This document shows, one piece after another, positions 9,857-20,578 of a DNA stretch of 64,000 bases. Source of the DNA: a virus; IMG/VR virus record IMGVR_UViG_3300042296_000700, positions 43,128-107,127 of that record. The stretch is one strand, 5' to 3'. A program made the translations under genes and the position numbers. The notes beneath the pieces are model-generated. The model worked only from the letters and a program-made list of their open reading frames with translations, did not search any database and was not told the origin of the DNA. Each line of letters begins with the position of its first letter. Position 1 is the first letter of the stretch.

Positions 9857-10035
9857 CTGAGGACGTCAGAATAGTAAATGCCGCCCGTTTGGGTGAATTA
9901 TTTGGGACAGACCCCATAGCGTTGCTCAACTGCTCAGAAGATGAGTGGCTCATAAGATTTGCCTGTGCTAAAGTTATAGAGCAAGACCGTGAGCGACAGG
10001 CTAAAGAGTCTGAAAGAACTCGTGGTAAATTTTAA
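9829..10035 (+). CDS. Frameshift extension of tail assembly chaperone (GT-like), -1 frame
   Basis: Open -1 frame PYEDVLFRLTEDVRIVNAARLGELFGTDPIALL...KF* filling the gap to the tape measure, with no obvious own RBS/ATG; candidate slip at GAC CCT (9827-9832). Confidence 0.7.
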   Translation, partial: PYEDVLFRLTEDVRIVNAARLGELFGTDPIALLNCSEDEWLIRFACAKVIEQDRERQAKESERTRGKF

Positions 10036-10059
10036 ATAGTTTACGCTTTTGGGGTTCGC

Positions 10060-13000
10060 ATGGCTGAGCAAGTCACCATTAAAATTAATGTAAAGGCTGA
10101 CACTGCTGCTATTGAACGCCTCAGGGCACAGTTAAAGTCGCTTTGCCGTGAAGCCGACGATTGTAGCGACACTTTTGACAAGTACTCCAAAGGACTAAAC
10201 ACCACTAGTACTAGCCAAAAGAAGTTGACAAATACCACAGATGACAACTCTTCAGCAATAAAAAGATTGTCTGGCGCTACACGTGGGGCAGGGAACGATA
10301 ACCGCAAGTTTGGCAAGAGCATGGGGATGCTATCCAAGGTTGGAAAATTTTTTGGCAACATGCTCATGGGAGTAGCCAAGTTAGGTTTTAAATATCTTGC
10401 TATTGAAGCGGCTCTCGCGGCAGCAGTTATTGCCTCATCCGTAGTCTGGTTTAAGGTCGCTAGTGCTTCCGCTAAAGGCTATCAGATGGCTGTTGCAGGT
10501 GCTGGATACGCTTTAACGGTGTTTGCTGCGGCTGGGTCGGCATTTCTGGCTGCTCAAGAACAATTTGCCTCCGTTCAATTTGCCCCCATGTTCACCGAAG
10601 GATTAGTGAACACTAGCGACAAGTTTGAAGCAGCGAACCTTGCTATGAAGTCGTTTGTTAACGATTCGCAACTGGCAGTTTTTGGCACTAAAGCATTGTC
10701 GGGTGCATTTGCTGAAATGGCAAAAAACTTAGACGGTCAGAAACTTGGTCAAGCCACTGGCGCCCTGAGGCAAATGGGAAATGTTGCTGCTGGCATGGGC
10801 GGGGATATTGGTAAGAACTTTGGTGACGTATCCAAGTTTGTTACCTCGTTCATGAAGGAAGGAAAATTAACCGACAAGGTTAAGACGCAGGGTGAAGAAC
10901 TTAGTCCGATATTCAAAAAAGTTATGGAAGAGCAAGTCAAGGCTGGCAACACGACTTATGAAAAGTTTATGGCGACGGTTGGGGACAACGAGACATTTAA
11001 GGAAGCATACGGCGGACAATTAGATGCGTTGAATGACACCGTTGTGGGTCGTTTCAAGTCTGCTATTACAGAAATTAAAAAGAGTTTTACTTCTATGGGT
11101 GCACCTATGCTCGGTCCTCTCACTAAGGCTATTGGTAAAATTAAGAATCTTATTTTGGCGATGTTGATACGTGTCCGTGGAAGTGTTGAGGAGGTTGGTT
11201 CGGGGAGCCTTCTTAACGGACTGATTAAAGGGGTGGAAAAACTTACTCTCCTTATGGGGCGGATGATGACATCCGACATGGCGCAGGCTGGTGGTGCTGT
11301 TGATAAAATAAAAAACGGGTGGAAGTCTGTTCTCAGGGTTTTTGAAAAAATTTCTGATTATCTGCGTCCTTTGCAGGAATCGGCACGAGTTCTGTTTGCT
11401 GCTCTGCAACCCATTCTTGGTGCGCTGTTTGGGAATCTTGATAACACAATTCAAGGCTTGTCTAAATCACTTATTGACAACAAAGACAAGTTCATTCAGT
11501 TCACCACAGGTATTGCCAACTTTATTAAACAGGTCGGCGCATTCGGCATGGTGATAAAAGATATTTTCATTTCGGCTATGCCATTTTTGAGCATAATGTT
11601 AAGTACTTTTACGTTGATTTTTAAGGCTGTAACTAATTTAGTTGACGCAATAATGGACCTTTCTGGACCTCTAGATGTTATTGCTGGTCCGATGCTTGCT
11701 ATTGCTGGCATCGCTGGCGTCATGGGTGGAAAGGCATTATTTAAAGGCGCTGGAGGAGCCACGGGCTTGTTGGGCAAAGGGATGCAGAAGGCAGGTGGCG
11801 GAGGGGCGCTATCAAAAATTGGGGGTGCGGTCGCAACTAATGCGGCAACGATGACTGTTAATGCTGGTGTCGTGAATGTTTTGGGAGGTGCTGCAGGGGC
11901 GGCGGCAAGTTCAGCAGCAGACCTTGCTACTGGCGGAGGCAAGGCTGGCAAAGGTGGAATGTTGTCAAGAGTGAAAGGTTTTTTGAAGGGACCTGGAAAA
12001 TTAGCGAAGATTGGCAAAGTGGCTGGTCCAGCCGCTTTATTGGCTGCTGGTGCTTATGGTGCTCACAAGATTGGCGACTTCGCAGGTAGTAAATTTAAAG
12101 ACAACTCAATCAAGTCAAAGGCAGGCGGTGCGCTTACTGGTGCGGCAGGCGGAGCAGCGATTGGTGCAGCAGTTGGGTCAGTAGTACCAGTTGTTGGTAC
12201 TGCCATGGGTGCAGTCGTTGGAGGAATTATTGGCGGTGTAAGCGGCTGGTTCTCGGCAGGAAAAAATAAAACAAAAGCCCAAAAAGCGGCAAAGAATATG
12301 GTGGAGTCTTACACGAGCGCGGTTGACGAGGCTTTCGCAGACGGTGATGTTGATGCTCTACTAGAGTTAAAAGACGGAATGTTGGCACAAATCGCGGAGT
12401 CTGCTGCGGGGGACATAGAGGTATACAACGCGGAAATTGCAAAACTCCAACCCGAATTAGACAAAATCAATAATCGCATAGAAAAGTTCTCGTCAAACGC
12501 CGAACAAATGGCTAAATGGCTTGGCATAGATGGCGACAAAATGAACGAACTGACCGAAAAATTTGGTTTCCAATTCCAAACCAGATTTGTCAGCATTTTT
12601 GAAGTCATTGGCAGGGCAGGCGAAGAACTTGGTACTGACCTCGCCACGTTCTTTAAAGATGTCATTGACGAAATGAATCAGAAACAGAACGCTGGAATTT
12701 TGGATTTGATGGACCAGCCAGCAAAAATTGCTGCACTTGGTAAGGAAGTTGATGCCTCGCAAGCCGCATATATGAGCGGCGACAACACTGATGAAGCAAA
12801 AGATAAACTAATCAAAGACCAATATGCGTATGCCTTAGAACAAACTGGTGGCGATGCGATGAAGGCTCTCGCTTTAACTCAAGACATGTTTAAGCAAGGT
12901 GACTTAGCGGGGGGCGCATACGAGGGTAAGGGTCAGGCTCTCCTAGACCGCATGGGTGCGGGTGGAATGGGTCTACTGGGCGACAGTACGGAAAGTAGGC

Positions 13001-13551
13001 AGAACCTAGTTAACTTGGCTAGAGATTCTGGTTCGGTAAGTCTTGGTGCGACGCAAGTTGCTGGATTGTCGGGGATTGACCAAAAGTCTGCAGAAAACCT
13101 GATGTTGAATCAGATTGCTACGGGTGGCATTGATGCAGCCATGATGCAGCAAGAGTTGGTGAAGAGTTATGCTTTGACTGCAGCAGGTGAAAAGGGCGGT
13201 ATATCTCAGCAAGATTTCTTGACAGGTTTGAGTGGTGGAATTGAGCAACTCACGGCAATGACTAATAAGGCGATGGAATTGCAATCGTATAGTGACCCGA
13301 CTTATGGGGGTGGCGGAGTTTTGATGAACGCACCTGTTGCTCCTGGCTCTTTATCAACTGGTACTGACGTGCTTAAACCGACTACGGCTACACAGACGAT
13401 TACTGTTGGGGAAACGAAGGTTCAGGTTAGTGGCATTATGAGTCCGAGTGAAGCGCAACTGATTGCTAACGCGATTATGAAGACGCAAACTGGCCTTTGG
13501 GAACGCATACGCTCTGGCACTCTTATTGGCAAACCGTTGCCAGTGGAATAA
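10060..13551 (+). CDS. Tape measure protein
   Basis: 1163 aa, helical Ala/Gly-rich with hydrophobic GAAIG repeats; canonical position. Confidence 0.9.
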   Translation: MAEQVTIKINVKADTAAIERLRAQLKSLCREADDCSDTFDKYSKGLNTTSTSQKKLTNTTDDNSSAIKRLSGATRGAGNDNRKFGKSMGMLSKVGKFFGNMLMGVAKLGFKYLAIEAALAAAVIASSVVWFKVASASAKGYQMAVAGAGYALTVFAAAGSAFLAAQEQFASVQFAPMFTEGLVNTSDKFEAANLAMKSFVNDSQLAVFGTKALSGAFAEMAKNLDGQKLGQATGALRQMGNVAAGMGGDIGKNFGDVSKFVTSFMKEGKLTDKVKTQGEELSPIFKKVMEEQVKAGNTTYEKFMATVGDNETFKEAYGGQLDALNDTVVGRFKSAITEIKKSFTSMGAPMLGPLTKAIGKIKNLILAMLIRVRGSVEEVGSGSLLNGLIKGVEKLTLLMGRMMTSDMAQAGGAVDKIKNGWKSVLRVFEKISDYLRPLQESARVLFAALQPILGALFGNLDNTIQGLSKSLIDNKDKFIQFTTGIANFIKQVGAFGMVIKDIFISAMPFLSIMLSTFTLIFKAVTNLVDAIMDLSGPLDVIAGPMLAIAGIAGVMGGKALFKGAGGATGLLGKGMQKAGGGGALSKIGGAVATNAATMTVNAGVVNVLGGAAGAAASSAADLATGGGKAGKGGMLSRVKGFLKGPGKLAKIGKVAGPAALLAAGAYGAHKIGDFAGSKFKDNSIKSKAGGALTGAAGGAAIGAAVGSVVPVVGTAMGAVVGGIIGGVSGWFSAGKNKTKAQKAAKNMVESYTSAVDEAFADGDVDALLELKDGMLAQIAESAAGDIEVYNAEIAKLQPELDKINNRIEKFSSNAEQMAKWLGIDGDKMNELTEKFGFQFQTRFVSIFEVIGRAGEELGTDLATFFKDVIDEMNQKQNAGILDLMDQPAKIAALGKEVDASQAAYMSGDNTDEAKDKLIKDQYAYALEQTGGDAMKALALTQDMFKQGDLAGGAYEGKGQALLDRMGAGGMGLLGDSTESRQNLVNLARDSGSVSLGATQVAGLSGIDQKSAENLMLNQIATGGIDAAMMQQELVKSYALTAAGEKGGISQQDFLTGLSGGIEQLTAMTNKAMELQSYSDPTYGGGGVLMNAPVAPGSLSTGTDVLKPTTATQTITVGETKVQVSGIMSPSEAQLIANAIMKTQTGLWERIRSGTLIGKPLPVE

Positions 13552-13559
13552 GGAATATA

Positions 13560-14360
13560 ATGGCTTATCAAATTGACAACACAAGAAATGCCACGCGCAC
13601 TATTGGTACAACGGCAAGAGCAAAACTTGGTACAAAAGTCGTCAAAATTCAGCGCAGCAACATTTCTAAAGCGATAAATCTTGACGAAAATAGAACTACT
13701 GCTTTCATGCGATTATTGCCAATTCAGGGCGAAGACACGATTTACGAATTTCATTTCCCGTTTTCTCCTATCAATATTTCTTATGATGGTTTATCAAACG
13801 AAATAGCAGAGATTGACAGACCTGGTGCAACTTCAATTCTTGCTTTCAAAAAACATCAATTGATGAAAGTTTCTTTTGATTTCGTTGTTGCTGTACCATA
13901 TGACGGAATAACCACTTCAATTGACTCAGACTTGTTTCTTTTGCGTACGATGGCTGAGCATACGACTCGTCCTGTCCGTGTTTTTAATCTTGACCAAATG
14001 TTTGAGCGCACGGCGCGGCGTAGGTATCAACCCGCAAATACTCGGCATAGGTCATATCAGACGAAATTTCGTATTGCCGAGTTAAACTTCACGAGTGTTA
14101 AAAGGAACATGGCGGGGAAAATTACTCAGGCTGACTGCAAGATTACATTGATTGAAGACGTGAACCCTAAAATTGATGTCGCGCTCATCCCAAGGTTTGT
14201 GCCGCCACCAACAATTCCCAAAAAGACCACTAAGACACCCCCACCAGGTAGCAAGAAGGGTCATCCGAAGGCTTCCACTGGTACTGACGCTATGGCTAAA
14301 TCAAACTTCCCATGGGTTGTTAAACCAGTAGTGCGAACTGTCGGCCCACGAGACCGTTAG
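13560..14360 (+). CDS. Tail tube initiator / baseplate-proximal tube protein
   Basis: After TMP; FPFSP.NISY..., IDRPG motif; start placed at ATG 13560 after AGGA. Confidence 0.55.
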   Translation: MAYQIDNTRNATRTIGTTARAKLGTKVVKIQRSNISKAINLDENRTTAFMRLLPIQGEDTIYEFHFPFSPINISYDGLSNEIAEIDRPGATSILAFKKHQLMKVSFDFVVAVPYDGITTSIDSDLFLLRTMAEHTTRPVRVFNLDQMFERTARRRYQPANTRHRSYQTKFRIAELNFTSVKRNMAGKITQADCKITLIEDVNPKIDVALIPRFVPPPTIPKKTTKTPPPGSKKGHPKASTGTDAMAKSNFPWVVKPVVRTVGPRDR

Positions 14361-14370
14361 TGTGTGAAAA

Positions 14371-15648
14371 ATGATTGATGCAACAATTTTTCGTCCTGTT
14401 GGCGCACCCCCACCAGGTTACCCTTACGCCCAAGCAATAAATTCATACGGCAATATAGACATGTTGAACCGCCCTAGAATTGTTAATGCGGACGGAAGTA
14501 TTTCAACTGTTCGCAGTATAAGTATTTCGGAAAGTATTACTCGTGGTGACACAAAGTTTACGATTCAAGTATTGATTCCTACAGTTTTTAAAGATGGAGT
14601 CGTTTCTGACGCAGTTGCTATAAGCAGGTATAAAAAAAGCGGTGAGCATCTTGGGAAGTTTTCTACCGTAAAAGACGTTAATCGTTATTCCATTATGTTG
14701 CACGATATGGAAGAAGCAAGAATTAATGGCGAAGAATACGAACAAAAATTTTCTAGTCCTGACCAGACCGCCATTTATGATGCGGTAACTTCATTCAAAG
14801 TGAATTATGCGTTGACTGCTGGCGCGGAAATATCTGTTGATTTTGCCGACTATCAAGGACAGATGTTCCTAAATAACTATTTTCAGATTGGTACACAATA
14901 CTTTTATCGCGAAGAACCCTTTCAGATGGCATCTGTTGAAGTCTCGCAAGGAGAAGGTGAATACTGGAATGTTACGTGCAAACTGCGCACATGGCAACAG
15001 CAGCAGATGAAGGAAGATTTACATCCAGAAGTGTTGAAATCTGCTAACGGCTACGATTTTGCTAAAAAACTTGCTGACAAATATGGATTAAAATTTATTG
15101 GTGAAGAAGTTAAAGGTAAACAGCAGGAAATAAAAGTCAAAACTAAAAATAATAAAGAAAGTTCATGGGATGTACTTCAGCGTAGTGCTGGAGATAATCA
15201 GTATTATGCGTTTATTGCGCAGGGTTCTTTGTTTTTTTGTAGTCCACTTTTCCTGTTGGGTCAATGGGGTATTGACGAAACGCCTGGTGTCAAAAAAAAG
15301 TTGATTCGGTACGTACCTCTCGTGTATCCGACACCAGAATCTGAAACACGTTTTCTTCTTATGGGGTTGCCTGAGATGCGTTCTTCGTTTGACTCTCCCA
15401 AAGAGGCTGAGGGTAGCGCGATGTTGTGGCGTGATAATGCAACACAACTTCGTGCTGGGATGACGGTGTATGTTAAGCAAATGGGTATTTATGACGGCGC
15501 ATATATTATTAGTTCGGTTGATTATGCTGAAGGTCAGCCCGAGCCTGTTTCTATCAGTTTTGCTACTGTTACAAAATTGGCTGATGAGGATAAGAAAAAA
15601 GTTGATGAAAAAATTTCAGAAACTACCGTTATTAGTGGGGCGAAATAA
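14371..15648 (+). CDS. Baseplate hub protein (gp27/gpD-like) with extra N-terminal domain
   Basis: ESSWDVLQR, LRAGMTVYV..G.YDGAYIISSV hub-like motifs. Confidence 0.65.
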   Translation: MIDATIFRPVGAPPPGYPYAQAINSYGNIDMLNRPRIVNADGSISTVRSISISESITRGDTKFTIQVLIPTVFKDGVVSDAVAISRYKKSGEHLGKFSTVKDVNRYSIMLHDMEEARINGEEYEQKFSSPDQTAIYDAVTSFKVNYALTAGAEISVDFADYQGQMFLNNYFQIGTQYFYREEPFQMASVEVSQGEGEYWNVTCKLRTWQQQQMKEDLHPEVLKSANGYDFAKKLADKYGLKFIGEEVKGKQQEIKVKTKNNKESSWDVLQRSAGDNQYYAFIAQGSLFFCSPLFLLGQWGIDETPGVKKKLIRYVPLVYPTPESETRFLLMGLPEMRSSFDSPKEAEGSAMLWRDNATQLRAGMTVYVKQMGIYDGAYIISSVDYAEGQPEPVSISFATVTKLADEDKKKVDEKISETTVISGAK

Positions 15649-15650
15649 TT

Positions 15651-15938
15651 ATGGCTTATGATTTTCTTAGTGAACCGCAGTTTTATGGTGGTGGAGGAAG
15701 CGAGCCTCAGGCTGCTGGTCTTCATATTGGTATCGTAAAGACTGTTAGTTCAGCCACCAAATCTGTGATGGTTCTTGTCCCTACTATTAACGAATCTGAC
15801 ATGATTGGTCCTTGTCGTATTGTTGTGCCTTTGGTTTCTGGTGCGACAGTTGTTATGCCAGCAATCAACTCAAAAGTTGTTGTTGGATTTCTTGACGGTA
15901 GTTATGACCAGATGGTCTGTTTCGGGAAACTGCTTTAG
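15651..15938 (+). CDS. Baseplate spike / gpV-like OB-fold protein (short)
   Basis: GIVKTV, MPAINSKVVVGFLDG motif; position. Confidence 0.65.
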   Translation: MAYDFLSEPQFYGGGGSEPQAAGLHIGIVKTVSSATKSVMVLVPTINESDMIGPCRIVVPLVSGATVVMPAINSKVVVGFLDGSYDQMVCFGKLL

Positions 15939-15976
15939 ATAATGAAAATACTTGATTGTTGTGAGAGAATTGATTG

Positions 15977-16279
15977 ATGGACACACTATTACTACCCATG
16001 TCTTTTAGTTCTGGGCAAGCAAAAGTTCTAACTGACGGTACGGATGAGTATTACGCAACATTACTGTCAAGACTTATGCAGATTGAACCAGGCGAATACC
16101 CGATTTCAATCTATTTTGGTGTCCCAGACCCCACATTTAGCAACATTAATCGTGCATCACTTGTAGAATTGGCTTCACAGTTTGTCCCTGAAATTGATAT
16201 ATCTTCTATTGAAAACACGATTGACGAAGATAATCCAGGCGAAGAAACTCTACTCATCTTCTTTGAGAGGGCAGAATGA
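15977..16279 (+). CDS. Baseplate wedge gp25-like protein
   Basis: PGEYPI...FGVPDPTF motif. Confidence 0.75.
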   Translation: MDTLLLPMSFSSGQAKVLTDGTDEYYATLLSRLMQIEPGEYPISIYFGVPDPTFSNINRASLVELASQFVPEIDISSIENTIDEDNPGEETLLIFFERAE

Positions 16280-17604
16280 CATCCCCAGATTTTAGACAAT
16301 ATATTGACTTAACCGTCTTTGACACAACACCACAAAAACTGTATGACGATTCCGTAACATACGCACAGACAGCAATGCCAGAGTTTGACCCACGTATTGG
16401 AACAATTGAAGACGCCCTATTGCAGTCAATGTCCTTCGTTGGTGCGGTTCTTGCCACTGGAATCAACAGGCTTCCAAACGGTTTAATGGAAGGCATTTTG
16501 CGTCTTGTTGGATTCACTCGGAACGAAGCAACATTCGCTACAGGTTCAGTACTAATAACAACAAGCATTAACACTGGAGCAGTTATTCCTGCTGGCACCG
16601 TCGTTACATACGACGTGCTTGACGGGGACATTGTTACCTCTTATCCGTTCGCCACCGATACCGACTTAATCATCCCATTAGGTTCAGACAGCGGAACGAT
16701 TGCCGTTACCGCCACTACAGCAGGAAAGTATCCTTCACTTCTTTCAGGGCAAGCACTGACACTCGTGTCACAAGTTCAATATGTGTTGACTACAGCATTG
16801 ACCGCCGACATAGCCGTTGGTACTGACACAGAAACACAAACAGCATACTTTAATCGTGCCTCACAATATCTTGCATCTTTAAATACGACTCTCGCCACAG
16901 CGTCACATATGACAAACTATATTAGTTCAAACTATACTTCTGTTCCAGTTTTTAAAGTCTATGATTTAATGAACAGTTCAAACATGTTGTTTGCGACCGC
17001 AGACGCACCAGGCTATGTCACCGTTGCTGTCTGCAACACGGACGGTGCTGCTTTAACTACGGACGTCAAAAATGAACTTGATGCAGACTTGGAAGACAAG
17101 TGTGTTGCTGGGTTGGTTATAGACGTTGTCAACATGCTGAATTTTGGTGTCACAGTAACCATTGCCATAGATGTTTTGGACGGCTTCACTCCAGCGACAG
17201 TTCAAGCAGACGTTGCCACAGTCATTGAGTCATACCTAAGTTATACGGGTTGGGATTTTAGCGAAACAATCAACAAAAACATTTTAATTGCCAAAGTGTC
17301 TCAAGTTTCTGGCGTAAAATTTGTTTCATCTTTATCTATAAATACAACAAAAACAGCAGGTAGTTTTGTTACTGGAACTAGTTATACTATTGCTACTGCT
17401 GGTACCACAAACTTTACGTTAATTGGCGCAGCAAACAACACTGTTGGCACCGTTTTTACCGCAACTGGTCCTGGTGCTGGAACTGGCACGGCAACCGCCA
17501 CTTTCACTACACCCGAAATAGTGAGCAGCGTGGCAACTGGCAACATCACAATTCTTCGCGCTGGCTTAATCCCAGTTGGAGACGCAGAAGTAACGGTTAT
17601 CTGA
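16276..17604 (+). CDS. Baseplate J-like wedge protein
   Basis: IPAGTVV, GTDTET..Y..R, PGYVTVAV, VSQVSGVKFV. Confidence 0.85.
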   Translation: MTSPDFRQYIDLTVFDTTPQKLYDDSVTYAQTAMPEFDPRIGTIEDALLQSMSFVGAVLATGINRLPNGLMEGILRLVGFTRNEATFATGSVLITTSINTGAVIPAGTVVTYDVLDGDIVTSYPFATDTDLIIPLGSDSGTIAVTATTAGKYPSLLSGQALTLVSQVQYVLTTALTADIAVGTDTETQTAYFNRASQYLASLNTTLATASHMTNYISSNYTSVPVFKVYDLMNSSNMLFATADAPGYVTVAVCNTDGAALTTDVKNELDADLEDKCVAGLVIDVVNMLNFGVTVTIAIDVLDGFTPATVQADVATVIESYLSYTGWDFSETINKNILIAKVSQVSGVKFVSSLSINTTKTAGSFVTGTSYTIATAGTTNFTLIGAANNTVGTVFTATGPGAGTGTATATFTTPEIVSSVATGNITILRAGLIPVGDAEVTVI

Positions 17605-17606
17605 CC

Positions 17607-18842
17607 GTGGGACTAACAGTTAATACCCTTGCATCGGATGATTCAAACTTTCTAGCCTTGACCGTACCTACAGCATGGACTGTAGTAAATGGTGCACTAG
17701 GAATTGACCTCAACGAATACAAGAATGTTGGCTCAGGTTCTTTAAAACTAACCCCAAGTAGTGCTTCTCCTGTAGTTAGGTTTAACTATGACTTGGCGTC
17801 ACTCACGGCGATAACGACAGCAGATTTTATTGGCGACAGAGCAGAGTCGTACGTATGGATAAGGGCAACAAAGAACGTAACTATCACCCCAATGATAACT
17901 TTGACTCGCGTAATGGCTGGCACGCCACAAGCGGAGGACATAATCACTGATACGGGCAGTTCAGTAAACATCACTTCTGGTGAATGGTATCTCGTACGCA
18001 CTGACCCTTTTGATATCCCGCTATCTCCCGCGAACGCGCACTATAGGGTTACTTTGCAATATACATTTTCTTCCCCAGAGTACGCAACAACATTTATTTA
18101 CATTAACAAGCCTACTATTTATAATCAACTGGCTTTTTTGCGTAACTTTTATGTTATGGATGTTTGGGATTTCTTGCCCCAAATTTTTATAGACAACGAC
18201 CTTGAAACGCCACTACCCAGTTATCCGATGATTCGCCTAGCAGAAATTGGTATGTCGGCACATGGCATTCTCTATGACCTCGCGCGCGGCTTTCAGTACA
18301 ACGACATCTCAGAAGGCAAGGATGCGACAGACGCTGAAACATTGAGTCTGCTGGTTGAACCTGACAGAGTTCCACGTGAATATATGCCTTGGCTCGCCCA
18401 GTTCACAGGAACAAAACTCCTCAACCCTGTCGCTGGTGGTACCCCGTGGGCTAACTTGCCAGCAGGATGGCAAGGTATTGACGCTATTGACGTAACAGTA
18501 GACGCAAACGACTCTGTTGCGTGGGGTGCTCTGCAAGGGTTTGCACCAGAAATTGCTGGTTTGGATGAGTTTTTCCAATGGCAAATTGAGACTGGATATT
18601 ACGGTTACGCGGCGGGTTCTATTGCGGCTATTCGTGAGGCTACAAAACGTGTTCTTACTGACACCAAAACATGCACTATTACTAAACGTTATACGGGTTC
18701 ACCGTGGAAAATATTGATTGAAACAAAACTTGCGGAGACTCCTGACGCGACGACAGTCGGGCAGTCCATAGATGAGATGCTTCAATTAATGGAATTATCT
18801 CGCCCACTTGGTGTTTCTCTCACTCACGCCATAATCGCATAG
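17607..18842 (+). CDS. Baseplate wedge protein (gpI/tail protein I-like)
   Basis: LPQIF..D, P.EYMPWLAQFTG, RPLGV motifs; follows J. Confidence 0.7.
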   Translation: MGLTVNTLASDDSNFLALTVPTAWTVVNGALGIDLNEYKNVGSGSLKLTPSSASPVVRFNYDLASLTAITTADFIGDRAESYVWIRATKNVTITPMITLTRVMAGTPQAEDIITDTGSSVNITSGEWYLVRTDPFDIPLSPANAHYRVTLQYTFSSPEYATTFIYINKPTIYNQLAFLRNFYVMDVWDFLPQIFIDNDLETPLPSYPMIRLAEIGMSAHGILYDLARGFQYNDISEGKDATDAETLSLLVEPDRVPREYMPWLAQFTGTKLLNPVAGGTPWANLPAGWQGIDAIDVTVDANDSVAWGALQGFAPEIAGLDEFFQWQIETGYYGYAAGSIAAIREATKRVLTDTKTCTITKRYTGSPWKILIETKLAETPDATTVGQSIDEMLQLMELSRPLGVSLTHAIIA

Positions 18843-18886
18843 TTGTATAGTTGTATACTTAAAGAGTATCTGCTTAGGAGAATTGA

Positions 18887-20377
18887 ATGACAGCCATACA
18901 AACCGACCGTCTTGCACTCTATAAATGGGAAAGCAGCAACGACGAGTTCACCCGCGTGCAGATGAACGACACCCATGAATCATTAGAATTCTTGGCAGCC
19001 AAATTCAGCACTGGTGCAGGAGCGCCAACATCAAGCACCACCGCAGATACTAAAGCATTCTACTGGGATACAACAAGTGGTTCCTTATATTTCCGTGGAA
19101 TAGTGGTCGGTGGCGTTGCCCCAACGTGGACACAACTCTCTCACAGTTACGCCACAGCAACACAGATACAAAATACTACGGCGACTGCTGGTAGTGGCGT
19201 AAGCCTTGCTCGCGCCAACCATGTTCACTCAGTTGAAACAGCAACAGCCGTTGACATCAACGCTGCTTCGGGTACTGGTAGCGGCACTGCTCTTGCTCTG
19301 GCTAACCACACACACAAAATCCCACCACTATTTATTACCGATGCGATGATTTCTAATACTGCGGCTATCGCATCAACAAAAATTAGTGGCGCTGTTGCTT
19401 CTGCCACATCGTGGGCGACTGCACGAACAATCAACTTGGCGGGAGATTTAACTGGTTCTGTTTCCATTAACGGAACTGCAGACGTCACGCTTACAGCAGT
19501 TGTTGTTGACGAAAGCCATGCTCACGCATCCCAATATCAGCCTGTTGACGCCGACTTGACGGCGCTTGCAGCACTCGCCACTACAGGAATGGTTACGCGA
19601 ACCGCAGCAAACACTTATGTTCCAAGAACAATAGTCGTTTCTGGTACTGGTTTAACTATCACAAACGCAGACGGTGTTAGCGGAAACCCGACTATTGCTA
19701 TTGCTACTGCTACATTAGCAACAGCAAACACTCTTGTTTTGCGTGACGGTACTGGTAGTTTTACTGCAGGAACCATCACTGCTGCTCTCGCTGGCAACGC
19801 AAACACTGCCACAAAATGGGCTGCGACGCGGACAATCACTCTTTCAACTGATGCCACTGGTTCGGTAACTTTTGATGGTTCCGCTAACGCCACTTTGGCT
19901 ATAACGGTAACTAACGCTGCACAAGCAACAAAACTTACTACCGCCCGCACAATCAGTCTCGGCGGTGATGCCTCTGGTTCAGTGTCTTTTGACGGAAGCA
20001 GCGCAACGAACACCATTACTGCGACTGTCGCTACGGCTACTGCTCTGCGTACTGCTCGTACGTTTACTTTTACTGGTGATGTTGCTACAACGAACGCTGG
20101 TACGACCGATGTTACTGCGTCGTTTGACGGTTCGGCTGCACCTACATTTAACCTTAAAATCAAGAACGACAGTCACACACACAATACTCAGCACTACACC
20201 GAAACAGAAATTAACAGCGCAAAGTTGTACCAATACGGAAATACAACATCTGGACAAGGTGTCGGACTTCCATCCGATGCGGCACGCACAACACCACGAG
20301 TATATGTTCAGGCAACAGAACCGACATACCCTGCTGGTCAAGTAGCCGTAACTGGTGACATCTGGTTCCAAATCTAA
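18887..20377 (+). CDS. Tail fibre with HxH motifs and repeated TARTI.L.GD.TGSVSFDGS units
   Basis: ANHVH, ANHTH, SHAH, SHTH; four related repeats; ends GDIWFQI. Confidence 0.8.
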   Translation: MTAIQTDRLALYKWESSNDEFTRVQMNDTHESLEFLAAKFSTGAGAPTSSTTADTKAFYWDTTSGSLYFRGIVVGGVAPTWTQLSHSYATATQIQNTTATAGSGVSLARANHVHSVETATAVDINAASGTGSGTALALANHTHKIPPLFITDAMISNTAAIASTKISGAVASATSWATARTINLAGDLTGSVSINGTADVTLTAVVVDESHAHASQYQPVDADLTALAALATTGMVTRTAANTYVPRTIVVSGTGLTITNADGVSGNPTIAIATATLATANTLVLRDGTGSFTAGTITAALAGNANTATKWAATRTITLSTDATGSVTFDGSANATLAITVTNAAQATKLTTARTISLGGDASGSVSFDGSSATNTITATVATATALRTARTFTFTGDVATTNAGTTDVTASFDGSAAPTFNLKIKNDSHTHNTQHYTETEINSAKLYQYGNTTSGQGVGLPSDAARTTPRVYVQATEPTYPAGQVAVTGDIWFQI

Positions 20378-20382
20378 TAGCC

Positions 20383-20577
20383 ATGGGAACTTCACGAGTA
20401 TTTTTTGATGGTGAATGGAAGCACATTCTGAATGCCTATGCGTGGCATGACGGCTGGGTTCAGGTAAAAGCACTCCGCGTCATGGGTGATAGTGGATGGG
20501 TTCAAATCCAATTTGAAAACTCAACTGCTATTGCACCAATTGAAGAATGGCGCACAATGTTGGCGATGGCGGCGTGA
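20383..20577 (+). CDS. Small Trp-rich virion/fibre-associated protein
   Basis: Repeated DG.W motifs; follows the fibre. Confidence 0.5.
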   Translation: MGTSRVFFDGEWKHILNAYAWHDGWVQVKALRVMGDSGWVQIQFENSTAIAPIEEWRTMLAMAA

Positions 20578-20578
20578 C

